DNA of 64,000 bases from a virus (taxonomy: Duplodnaviria > Caudoviricetes): positions 1 through 64,000 of IMG/VR virus record IMGVR_UViG_3300043432_000083, one strand, 5' to 3'. The notes beneath the pieces were generated by a model, which did no database searches, had not been told where the DNA came from, and saw only the letters and a program-made list of their open reading frames with translations. Numbering within the stretch: the stretch's first letter is position 1; each line of letters begins with the position of its first letter. A program made the position numbers and the translations under genes. Below, one piece after another: positions 17,040-25,474 of the stretch.

Positions 17040-17249
17040 CGGGGCGTCGTCTAAACGGAGGACACTGGGCTTTACCCCCGGAAATGGCGGTAGGGGAGTC
17101 GGGAGAGACACATGAAAAAGCCGTGGTATCACATAGAAATAACGATTTGGGAGTTGTTTATTGTTTACTTCATGGTCAACTTACTGCTTAAGTATTTCGG
17201 AGTACTGCAACGGTTCGGCTTGTGTCCCTGACCCAGCCGCCCGCCCCGA
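17040..17249 (+). ncRNA. tRNA-like RNA (Gln/Glu-type body, anticodon UUA) whose T-loop is replaced by a 146-nt insert
   Basis: Acceptor CGGGGCG 17040-46/CGCCCCG 17242-48, A73 at 17249; D-stem GTCT/GGAC; anticodon stem CTGGG/CCCGG with loop CTTTACC; variable loop AAAT; T-stem GGCGG 17086-90/CCGCC 17237-41; insert 17091-17236. Confidence 0.85.
17112..17231 (+). CDS. 39-aa hydrophobic peptide encoded inside the tRNA-like RNA
   Basis: MKKPWYHIEITIWELFIVYFMVNLLLKYFGVLQRFGLCP; GGGAGAG 5' of ATG; one TM-like segment. Confidence 0.6.
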   Translation: MKKPWYHIEITIWELFIVYFMVNLLLKYFGVLQRFGLCP

Positions 17250-17284
17250 TCAATTAAGTAACCGTCAAATAAAGAGCAAATAAC

Positions 17285-17563
17285 ATGACCTATCCAACAT
17301 CGATAGCTATGCAGATTGAGGAATATGATCGTAAGCATCGCCAATTCATAGAAGCAATCCGACCGCTTATCGAGATGAAAGCAAAGATCGTAGATGTGCA
17401 GCCATCGCCGATATACGTCCTGAACTATGACGGAACATCTATTGTTCGCGTCGAGACTCGGTGGTCGCCTGAAAGCCAGCAGAGCTTTGCGCTTATTGAT
17501 AAACAGATAAACGCTATCGGTAAAACCATCTTCGGGGAATTGTGGGACCATGAACCGCGCTGA
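17285..17563 (+). CDS. Hypothetical protein
   Basis: 92-aa ORF. Confidence 0.55.
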   Translation: MTYPTSIAMQIEEYDRKHRQFIEAIRPLIEMKAKIVDVQPSPIYVLNYDGTSIVRVETRWSPESQQSFALIDKQINAIGKTIFGELWDHEPR

Positions 17564-17637
17564 TTGGGACACGATCTGGATCATCCTCGCCGTCGCGATG
17601 GTGCTGACGGTGGCGGTGGTGATTGGGGAGGGGTGAT

Positions 17638-18022
17638 ATGGGACGCAAATTGATGCGAGTACCGATAGATTTTCAGTATCCGCTCAATAAAGTGTGGAGT
17701 GGCTACATCAATCCTTATCCATCTACGAGGTGTGCGGCCTGTGATGGAAGCGGAGAGGTGTGGGATTGCCCTGAAACACAGCAGCGCCATGATGCGTGGA
17801 CGGCCTATGATCCGCCGACCGGAGATGGATACCAGCTATGGGGAAACGACATCCGAGGGATCGCCGATATCGCCTATCTTCTCGACGATAGAAGCGCTCT
17901 GCGAATGGGCCGCCGATCATGCGACGACATTCGGAAGCCACAAGGCTGATGCCTTACAATGGAGGCGCATGCTGGAAGAGAAGTTTGTGCGGCACGAAGA
18001 GGGCAGAATGATGTTCTGTTAG
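17638..18022 (+). pseudogene. Conserved phage protein gene split by one extra G in the GGGG run at 17840-17843
   Basis: MGRKLMRVPIDFQYPLNKVWSGY...PPTGDGYQLW in one frame continues as ETTSEGSPISPIFSTIEALCEW in the +1 frame. Confidence 0.7.
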
Positions 18023-18129
18023 ACATTGACGCGGTGAGGTGGGCCGTGCCGCTGCTGGCGACTTGCTCATTCACGCCAGCCCTCCCTCGCCCTGGCTGGG
18101 GGCTCCAGGCTGAACGGCTCAAGCCCCCT

Positions 18130-18255
18130 TTACCGTATCACCCCAGGTCGCTCCGTCGTGGAGATCGGCGGGGTCGTCGGAGCGGGCCACTTCGAAGGCG
18201 TATGGGTACAGGCCACCATAAACAGTACAGCGAGCACTGCAATAAGCGCCCTCAT
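18130..18255 (-). CDS. Small Pro-rich lipoprotein (o-spanin candidate), absent from ORF track
   Basis: MRALIAVLAVLFMVAC|THTPSKWPAPTTPP...; lipobox-like; last gene of the lysis region. Confidence 0.55.
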   Translation of the reverse strand: MRALIAVLAVLFMVACTHTPSKWPAPTTPPISTTERPGVIR

Positions 18256-18578
18256 CGCATCGCCGCATTCAAGAGATCGAAAAGCAACGATACAGGCACC
18301 GCAATCGTCGGCGCTCCTTGCCCCTTCTGCTCGTCGTACCAGTACACAGCGGGGACGATGCCCTTCCTGGCGATGTACATCTGTGCCTTCTGATACACCT
18401 CCTTGTAGGCGTCATCATGCTTCTCAGCGTCAAACAAGCGGGTCTGCAAGACGCCAAGATCGATGTATTGATTGACCTCTGCCGTGTCTTCGACTTTCTT
18501 GACGGCGGACGCAGTGAGTTGCAAGCCCGCCGCAATCGCGGGAATCAGTGCGGTTCCGATGGTGGCAAGTCCTGGCAT
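18252..18578 (-). CDS. Hypothetical protein of the lysis region (possible i-spanin)
   Basis: Hydrophobic N-terminus; SD GGAGG; overlaps the lipoprotein gene. Confidence 0.55.
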   Translation of the reverse strand: MPGLATIGTALIPAIAAGLQLTASAVKKVEDTAEVNQYIDLGVLQTRLFDAEKHDDAYKEVYQKAQMYIARKGIVPAVYWYDEQKGQGAPTIAVPVSLLFDLLNAAMR

Positions 18579-18733
18579 TGGTGTCCCTCCTGATAATCTC
18601 TGAACATCCGCTCCATGGCGCGACGTACACGCTGTGGCATTGGTGCGTTAGGCGGAAACGCCGTATTCTTGACCCCGCCCCAAGCGTAGTAGGGCTTTCG
18701 TCGTTTGGCTTTCTGTTCGGCCATCATACCTCG

Positions 18734-18865
18734 CTACCGTGGCGGAATGCACCATAGCGCCGCCTCTCCACGGGAGAAGCCATGATCCCTTGCCGCTTGG
18801 TAGCATCCAGCGCCAGCACAGCCAGCAAACAGGAACATTGTCAGAAGCAGCAGTACGTATCGCAT
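18734..18865 (-). CDS. Small lipoprotein
   Basis: MRYVLLLLTMFLFAGC lipobox. Confidence 0.55.
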   Translation of the reverse strand: MRYVLLLLTMFLFAGCAGAGCYQAARDHGFSRGEAALWCIPPR

Positions 18866-18956
18866 AGTTCTCGCTAGATGCGCGGGCGAATCGGGGAGTC
18901 TCACCTCCCTGGGTCGCGATTGCGTAGAGGGACCCCCGACCGCCCGCAAAGATGAA

Positions 18957-19121
18957 TTAGTCCTTTGACAGCGCCCCGAACGCCGCAGGTAGGGTCGAGA
19001 CCGCCCACACCATCCAGTCGTTCGGTAGTTCACAGTTGAAGCTCTTGAAAAAGACCAAGAGGACCGCCGTCACGCCGAGACCCGCAATCGTAGTTTTCCA
19101 GTTCTTCAGTCGTTCCAACAT
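18957..19121 (-). CDS. Small holin-like membrane protein (54 aa, absent from ORF track)
   Basis: MLERLKNWKTTIAGLGVTAVLLVFF...WAVSTLPAAFGALSKD; two hydrophobic segments; SD GAGGTG. Confidence 0.65.
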   Translation of the reverse strand: MLERLKNWKTTIAGLGVTAVLLVFFKSFNCELPNDWMVWAVSTLPAAFGALSKD

Positions 19122-19137
19122 CACCTCACCCCCTTCC

Positions 19138-19356
19138 TTACCACTCGTACATCGTTAAGATCAACCACACCAGCGCGTAGCCGAGCAATAACAAGATCGC
19201 CGTCACGCCGGGATGGCCCAGGATACGCAACACATCGAGGCCGGTCACGTCAGCCATGCTCGCAACTCCGCCAGCGCACGATGCCAGAAACAGACCCGCA
19301 CCGTGGCCGACATGGCTCGCCCAGGGCAGGGACCGAAGCGGGTGACGGCGCGACAT
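19138..19356 (-). CDS. Membrane protein
   Basis: C-terminal hydrophobic helix; start uncertain. Confidence 0.45.
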   Translation of the reverse strand: MSRRHPLRSLPWASHVGHGAGLFLASCAGGVASMADVTGLDVLRILGHPGVTAILLLLGYALVWLILTMYEW

Positions 19357-19366
19357 GGTCCGTACA

Positions 19367-19801
19367 TCACCCTTGGTCCATTTGGGGATATGGTCGATTA
19401 AGGACTGTAATCCACACAGCCTCGTTCGTCCATAAGGCTCGTTGAATCTGTCGAAACAGCGGAGTGAACGCCGCTCGGCTCCGAGTGACCGCATGGTCGC
19501 CAACGGCTTGCCCGACCAGTACGCACCCCTCGGTATCCGAGGCGGTGTTCCCGCTATGAATTCGTATGCCTGTAAAGCCCGGCACATCAAGGAGCAGCGG
19601 CAGGTCCCGCTTAAACCGTTGGGAAGGCGTCACGATGACCTTGTAACGTCCAGTGGGGATGGCTGTCTGGCCATCGACCTTTGGCCCGGTTCGCACCTGA
19701 TCTTCGAGGGTCCAGCACAATCGGTCCTCTTGGCCCTCCAGGAACAGTTCCCCGATGGTGCAGTCATCGTACAAATATCGGCGCAACAGATTCAACTGCA
19801 T
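19367..19801 (-). CDS. DUF5675-family protein, putative endolysin
   Basis: TIGEL..CWTLED..TAIPTGRY..SQRFKR.LP.LLDVPGFTGIRIHSGNTASDTEGCVLVG. Confidence 0.85.
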   Translation of the reverse strand: MQLNLLRRYLYDDCTIGELFLEGQEDRLCWTLEDQVRTGPKVDGQTAIPTGRYKVIVTPSQRFKRDLPLLLDVPGFTGIRIHSGNTASDTEGCVLVGQAVGDHAVTRSRAAFTPLFRQIQRALWTNEAVWITVLNRPYPQMDQG

Positions 19802-19802
19802 A

Positions 19803-19988
19803 TCATGCCTCCACTGGGATGTACGTAGGGCATGGAATCACCCGGTAAAACTTCGCCTCTGGCTGATCTAAGGCACAGCGCAACACATCGAACACAAAGC
19901 CCCGCATCATGTCTGTGCTGACATCGAGGCGGTCCAATTCCTCCGCTGTGAATGAGCGATAGGTGCCGTGCTGAGGCAGCGCCTTCAT
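19803..19988 (-). CDS. Hypothetical protein
   Basis: ATGA overlap (MKALPQ...). Confidence 0.45.
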   Translation of the reverse strand: MKALPQHGTYRSFTAEELDRLDVSTDMMRGFVFDVLRCALDQPEAKFYRVIPCPTYIPVEA

Positions 19989-21019
19989 AGCCCCTGTGTC
20001 TCCTGCACCGCCGTCACGCGGCACTGGTCATCAGTCGTCAACGTCAGCTTGAACCCTGGCCCGGCTATCCGCAAGGTCCCGCCACACGCCCAAGGCTGCA
20101 CGGTCCACAACTCCGAGACGGGAAGACCAGCAATCGTGTCGAAGGCGATCACGGTGCCCAGTGTCTCGTCATGGGGCAATCGCGCCCTGAAGCCGGTCAT
20201 GGCAAGCATGAAGACAAACTGATTTATGGGGTGCGGATTGCCATTATGCCACCGCAATAAGGCCAACTGCGCCACGCAGCGCGAGCAGGCGACCCATTGG
20301 TTCATCATTGACGCCAGGAACTCCTGACGTGCCTGCTCGAAGTAGCAGGACGGCAGCATCGACCTCAAGTAGTGCGTCGGCTCACAGCCCGCCTCGGCAA
20401 TCAGGGCATCATGCCATTGACGACGCGGATGCTCAGGGTCGAACGGGAACACTGTCTGAAACTGGTGTCCCAGCTCATGGATGATCACTTGGGTCAACTG
20501 ATATTGCAACACCACTGTAACGTCAGACGGAAAGGGGTTCTCCATGACCCCCAGACCCGCCGTAATGTTGATCCGACATGGCCCAGGATAGAACAGCGGG
20601 CCATCAGGGAGAATGCAATCACTAGTGTTGAGGGCATCAGGAATCGGGGCGCCTTCAATCGTGATGATGCGCAAGTCTGGAAACCAGGCCCTCGGCACCG
20701 TCTCCAGGACATGCTCGACGACATGCGCCGCTTCTGGCGTCAACCGCTCGGCCCCAATCACGACCAGCCCATCGGGTTGGGCCGCAACGGGACTAGCCGT
20801 GATGAGGAGCGCGAGCGTCAGCCAGAGCGGGAGGGGGGCGCCCAGGCTGGTGCGGGGGGACGCGCCTTCGGATTCTGTGTGAATCACGCCAGCACAATCA
20901 GGGTATTCCCAACAGGGGAGCGGATATTGCCCATGCGCCAGCGGCCAACAGCCATCGACGCGACACGGATGAGACGGCCCGAGTGCGTCTTTCATCGCGC
21001 TCATTTCGTAATCCACCAC
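19985..21019 (-). CDS. Putative secreted or membrane-anchored zinc metallopeptidase
   Basis: IIHELGH (HExxH) with downstream QEFLA; signal-like LWLTLALLITASPVAA. Confidence 0.6.
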   Translation of the reverse strand: MVDYEMSAMKDALGPSHPCRVDGCWPLAHGQYPLPCWEYPDCAGVIHTESEGASPRTSLGAPLPLWLTLALLITASPVAAQPDGLVVIGAERLTPEAAHVVEHVLETVPRAWFPDLRIITIEGAPIPDALNTSDCILPDGPLFYPGPCRINITAGLGVMENPFPSDVTVVLQYQLTQVIIHELGHQFQTVFPFDPEHPRRQWHDALIAEAGCEPTHYLRSMLPSCYFEQARQEFLASMMNQWVACSRCVAQLALLRWHNGNPHPINQFVFMLAMTGFRARLPHDETLGTVIAFDTIAGLPVSELWTVQPWACGGTLRIAGPGFKLTLTTDDQCRVTAVQETQGL

Positions 21020-21297
21020 TTGAATAACAATGTCAACAGACCACCGATGAGGCCGCTACTGATCCCGACTGCCCACAGCACACCCTTCGCCGCGCCTTGG
21101 GCTTGCCAGATTTGGCGCTCATGCTCACGCACGGTGTCGGCAATATCGCAGGTGTTGTTGTCGCGTAAATGCACGCACCGTGGTCGATCAAAAAGGGCTT
21201 TGATCATGTTCTCGATGGTCTCAATCTTCGTCTTGATCACCGCAATGTCTTGACAGGCGGTCGTAATACGCTCATCACTCTGTTGTTCCTCAACCAT
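21001..21297 (-). CDS. Coiled-coil plus C-terminal TM protein (holin/XhlA-like)
   Basis: DIAVIKTKIETIE..; C-terminal GVLWAVGISSGLIGGLLTLLFKWW. Confidence 0.65.
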   Translation of the reverse strand: MVEEQQSDERITTACQDIAVIKTKIETIENMIKALFDRPRCVHLRDNNTCDIADTVREHERQIWQAQGAAKGVLWAVGISSGLIGGLLTLLFKWWITK

Positions 21298-21311
21298 GTA
21301 TACCCCCTTGA

Positions 21312-21527
21312 TCAAGTCTGCCTGGGAACGAGTATCCACCGTTTGCCGTTCCATTCGCCTCGCCATCCTAACTGATCACCGAGCGCCGGATGATCAAGTG
21401 CCACGGCGATCACCGTCACGCTGCCGTCGTTATCGGGACGCACGTGTTTAACATCTGGGTCGTAGCCAACGACGGTCACGCCGTCGAGTTCGCCGGTATC
21501 GATTCGTATGCGGACTCTCGCTTTCAT
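21312..21527 (-). CDS. Hypothetical protein (possible tail-fibre chaperone)
   Basis: Immediately follows the tail tip gene; WRGEWNGKRW end. Confidence 0.5.
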   Translation of the reverse strand: MKARVRIRIDTGELDGVTVVGYDPDVKHVRPDNDGSVTVIAVALDHPALGDQLGWRGEWNGKRWILVPRQT

Positions 21528-21537
21528 CGTTGCCGCC

Positions 21538-24120
21538 TCATTTTTTGTTGTTCCCTGGGTACAGCCTGCGGTAGGTCGCTGTGCAGACACCTGTGCCCAA
21601 AATACGCTGTGCGGTGAGCTTATAAGTTTGACTCGTCGCAGGCGACGCATCATACCCGACGAGGGCGCACGTCACCACGATCTCTCCGTCTACCCCAGCG
21701 GGAGCAAAGATGCCCGCCCGCCCCAGATCCAACTGCGTCCCGCTCGTCGAGTCCTTACGAATGCGTAGGATCATACGGGTGTAATTTCCGCCTGCACCAC
21801 CCGCGACGTCGACCAGGCAATCCGCCTTGCCGTGGACCTCGACGATGCCACCATCGGTGGAGAGCGTCAGTGTCCCGATCTCGATCTCGGTGTCGCCAAC
21901 AGCCGTACCGGCGTCGTTGCTATAGTACCCGCCCACCGTGATCGCGTTGTTCGTGACCTTCGGCGTCGTGATGGCACTATCGTTGATTTTTGGCGTCGTG
22001 ATGTTACTGTCTGGGATCTTCGGTGTCGTGATCTGATCGGTCCCAACATCGCCAGTGACGATCTGCGTAAAGCTGAAACTCAAGCTGCTCGAATAGCTGC
22101 CGACATTGCCGCTCCAATCCACCGCCCGGATACGGAGATAGCGGGTCGTGGAGTAGGCGATCTGATTGAGGGTGAGGGTAACTTTTGCTCCTGGACCTTC
22201 TGTGTCACCACTATCCACGAGCGATCCCCCACCAGACGCCGCTGTTCTGATCTCCCATTGATAATAGGCAAGGTCATCATCAGATGGAGCGGTCCATTGA
22301 AAGGTGATTGTCTTCAAGTGCTGGTCGGTGATGGCCAGTGTTGTCGGCGCGCCTGGAGCCGTCGCATCACTTGGAGCCGCCTTGCTGGTGATGTCTGTAT
22401 TGACGGCAAGCGATGGAGTCAACATATTGACTCGGCTGACTCGGTAATCGTAGACTTTGCCGGTTACAAGCCCATCGATGCGGGTCGTCAATGAGACGCC
22501 GGTGAATTGATCAACGGCAACGGTCAGCCATTGAGAGTTCCCTGATGTGCGTTGCCGCACGAAGGTTTGTGCATAGCTTTCGCTGGTCGGCACATTATAA
22601 CGAAGTGTCTGGAACGCCGTAAATCCGCCTTGCCCATCCGTCACGGTTCCTGATCCAATAATGGTTAAGCTCGTGACGGGAGACGGGGTCGTCGCAGACC
22701 AGAGAGTCTCGCTAGGCGGGGTGATGTCTGCTGGATAGGTTCTCTGCGTATAATTATATATCGCAGATGTCCAAGCCTCGGCGTCTACTGCCGTGGTATC
22801 CATCTTCCTGGAAAGACTGACAATGCGAAACGGTTGCTGGGACAGTCCGAGCCTCGGCGCGTCGTATTTGAAGAGGTCCCCAACCGATAAATTGCGCATG
22901 TCTTGTCCAGAGACGAAATGGATTTTCAAGTCGCCGGTGGTAAGTCGTTTCGAAGCGTAATCGATGACTTTATCCGCGGTGGCTCCATTGGTGATGAATT
23001 CATTGCGGATACGGCGTTCACGTCCAATCGTGGACACCGACCTCGTGACAGAGAGTCGCATGGTGCCGCTCCGATGGTCAGGGGCGTAATCTAACACCAG
23101 CGTCGATGCGAGATCCTGCATAGATGTCCGTTTCAGCCCACCAAACTCTGAGACGTTGTTCCACGGTTGGCCTGCACCATGTCCGAATGTCGCGCCGTAG
23201 ATGATGGAGGATGACGTTTGATCGACCGTCAACGACCAGACGCCGCTACTCACCGCGCTCAGCGTCATGCCGCGCACCATGAGCCATTGATTGATGACGT
23301 CTATGGCCGGAGCCTGTTTCCACATCACGCCATTGCACGACAATAACCCGATGGCGTCAAGTCGTGTCGCGGCTGCAGAACAGCTCGCGCTATCGACTGA
23401 GGTATTCAAGCCCCACACAGAATCCGTTAATGTGGTCCAGATGGCTCGTGCGAAATTCTGTTCAGCCGTGCGTCCATCGGTATAGGCGTACAGGGTATGG
23501 AGTCCACCGCCGAATTTCGCTTGGCGGAGTGGGAATCGCGCCACTGTCACGCCAGCATAAATCGATGAGCTGATGGTATATTCTGTGGAATTGACCAGCG
23601 AGAGAATATCCCCAATGGAGTCCCGATAGAATGCCGTATTGAAGAACTGTGTTCCCTCTCCGAGCAGATAATCATATTGATTGTTGGCTATATCGTCCCC
23701 GACATAGGGAGTGGGATATGGGCCGACATCTGTGCCGAACACCACCGGAATGGCTTTACCGAGTCCCTGCTCGACATGCGCTTCAGGGAATAGGGATGTG
23801 GTGACGGTTCTTCCGGGCAGCAGCCCTTGTATGGTGTCGAGTTCTTGACCGGTCAACCGCAAACGTATGCGATCGTCGGTCAATACCTGTTCGGCAATTT
23901 TCCCAGAGAAACTTGGGAGATTTGATCCGTCTTCACGATCAAACAATGTGACATCCACGACGGTGCCGCGCAGGTCTTGATTGTTGAAGAATCCGTCTGT
24001 ATTAGATAGTTCGATGTTGACGTCATCTGTGGCGATAATGCCACCAAGCGTATCGGAGAGCGAATGCCGGATTTCTAGAGACTCCGCATTCAACAAGCGT
24101 CGCTCGTACAGGGTACCCAT
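21538..24120 (-). CDS. Tail tip / central tail fibre protein with fibronectin-III-like domains
   Basis: GKAIPVVFG; FN3-like GLVTGKVYDYRV and FQWTAPSDDDLAYYQWE..IRAVDWSGNVG; ITTPKI repeats. Confidence 0.8.
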   Translation of the reverse strand: MGTLYERRLLNAESLEIRHSLSDTLGGIIATDDVNIELSNTDGFFNNQDLRGTVVDVTLFDREDGSNLPSFSGKIAEQVLTDDRIRLRLTGQELDTIQGLLPGRTVTTSLFPEAHVEQGLGKAIPVVFGTDVGPYPTPYVGDDIANNQYDYLLGEGTQFFNTAFYRDSIGDILSLVNSTEYTISSSIYAGVTVARFPLRQAKFGGGLHTLYAYTDGRTAEQNFARAIWTTLTDSVWGLNTSVDSASCSAAATRLDAIGLLSCNGVMWKQAPAIDVINQWLMVRGMTLSAVSSGVWSLTVDQTSSSIIYGATFGHGAGQPWNNVSEFGGLKRTSMQDLASTLVLDYAPDHRSGTMRLSVTRSVSTIGRERRIRNEFITNGATADKVIDYASKRLTTGDLKIHFVSGQDMRNLSVGDLFKYDAPRLGLSQQPFRIVSLSRKMDTTAVDAEAWTSAIYNYTQRTYPADITPPSETLWSATTPSPVTSLTIIGSGTVTDGQGGFTAFQTLRYNVPTSESYAQTFVRQRTSGNSQWLTVAVDQFTGVSLTTRIDGLVTGKVYDYRVSRVNMLTPSLAVNTDITSKAAPSDATAPGAPTTLAITDQHLKTITFQWTAPSDDDLAYYQWEIRTAASGGGSLVDSGDTEGPGAKVTLTLNQIAYSTTRYLRIRAVDWSGNVGSYSSSLSFSFTQIVTGDVGTDQITTPKIPDSNITTPKINDSAITTPKVTNNAITVGGYYSNDAGTAVGDTEIEIGTLTLSTDGGIVEVHGKADCLVDVAGGAGGNYTRMILRIRKDSTSGTQLDLGRAGIFAPAGVDGEIVVTCALVGYDASPATSQTYKLTAQRILGTGVCTATYRRLYPGNNKK

Positions 24121-25472
24121 TAGTTCGGGACCTCCATATCCTCGGAGCTATACTGCCGTGCAACGGACTGCACGGCGAGATCAATGAGCCAGCGAGGGGC
24201 TGCGGTTCGTCGTCCCTTGTTCGCAGAGGTGCTTTCTGCCCGTGCCAGAATAATCGTCACTCGGTCGCTGAGCGATGTCACAATGCGAGGAACGATGCGG
24301 CGCTTCAAATACAAGCGTTCAATGGGAAGCAGGAGCACGTCTTGCGCGGACCGGACGCGCTCGACCATCCGGATCACCGTGTCGGATACTGAGTTCGATT
24401 CCTGCTGGAGTCCAGCGAGCTGCTTCAAAATCTCCTCAGACAGTTCTACGTGATCGCTTCCTGTTGCAACAAGAATCTTTGCAGCGGATACGACATCCGA
24501 GAGGTCTGTGGATTCGATGAGTAACTTGGCGAGCGATTTGAGGATATTATCAGCGACACCAAGCATATCAGAGAGGATGACAGTCGCTCCCTCCGGCGTG
24601 GTTTTTGCTGTAGAGGTAGAGTCCAATATGTCCAGGGCGTCATCGAGATGTCGTATAACAATTATGGAGGCCGACACCACGTCAGAGAGCGGCGACGGAT
24701 CATCCTGGATGCTGGAGATACGAATCTTCTGCACTCGGTCTTGCAAAGCAGAGAGATCGAGCATCATCGACGCTTTGGATTTGCGAAGGCGATCTGAGAG
24801 AAGGAGGAATTCATTGGCGTCAACGCTAGTCACAGGAACAGACGCATCCAGCTCCGCAATGATGTCGGCGTAGATCGCCCCAGCTGTCCCCCCCCAGGTA
24901 ATCGTGGTCCCGGTGAAGCCTGAGTTGCGGGCGACATCTTCCAAGTTAATGACGATGCCCGTCATTGTATTGTCGGCTAATTCCGTCCAGCTCGTCGGGG
25001 GCAAGATTCCGCCGCTGCTGGTGTCGCCAATGGCCCCAATCGTCGGATTGCCGGTGAGGGCGGATGACGCAAAGGCCGGATTCGGGGTCCCTGTGGCTTG
25101 ATCTGATTCGGCCTTTGATTGCTTGACGGCGCTGGCTCCTGTGCGAGACATCCCGCTGACGCTCAGGACGTCGATGTGCGCACCAACGGCCCCATCTCCA
25201 GTGCAGTCAAAGGTGACAGTCGTGGATGATGCCGCAGCCAGGGCGTTGCAGACGAATAGATAGAGCGTGTGGGTACCGCTCCCGAACGTCGCACTGACGA
25301 TCTTCGTGTAACTGTGCCCTTGCGAGTCGGTCACCACCCCGGCATCCGTCGTCTGCGATGCCGCGACGAACACCACGAGCAGATCATTCGCCGCCGGGGT
25401 GAAGGCGCCGGTCGTATAGACGCTGAGGTCTGTAGTGTCTTCGTAATGCAGGGCGAGGGTGACGGCAGCCAT
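24120..25472 (-). CDS. Minor tail protein with S/T-rich beta domain and Asp-periodic repeats
   Basis: PAANDLLVVFV..PPTSWTEL; repeats such as LSDVVSA and LSDRV. Confidence 0.65.
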   Translation of the reverse strand: MAAVTLALHYEDTTDLSVYTTGAFTPAANDLLVVFVAASQTTDAGVVTDSQGHSYTKIVSATFGSGTHTLYLFVCNALAAASSTTVTFDCTGDGAVGAHIDVLSVSGMSRTGASAVKQSKAESDQATGTPNPAFASSALTGNPTIGAIGDTSSGGILPPTSWTELADNTMTGIVINLEDVARNSGFTGTTITWGGTAGAIYADIIAELDASVPVTSVDANEFLLLSDRLRKSKASMMLDLSALQDRVQKIRISSIQDDPSPLSDVVSASIIVIRHLDDALDILDSTSTAKTTPEGATVILSDMLGVADNILKSLAKLLIESTDLSDVVSAAKILVATGSDHVELSEEILKQLAGLQQESNSVSDTVIRMVERVRSAQDVLLLPIERLYLKRRIVPRIVTSLSDRVTIILARAESTSANKGRRTAAPRWLIDLAVQSVARQYSSEDMEVPN

Positions 25473-25474
25473 AG

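Noticed and set aside
17091-17236. Insert as a group I/II or archaeal BHB intron
   Set aside because: Too short and lacks group I/II core motifs; the 3-nt bulges are on the same strand; removing it would not restore a TTCGA T-loop.
18070-18130. Bidirectional intrinsic terminator where the two arms converge
   Set aside because: GC hairpins exist (GGGGGCT/AGCCCCC) but there is no convincing U-tract; not supported enough to call.
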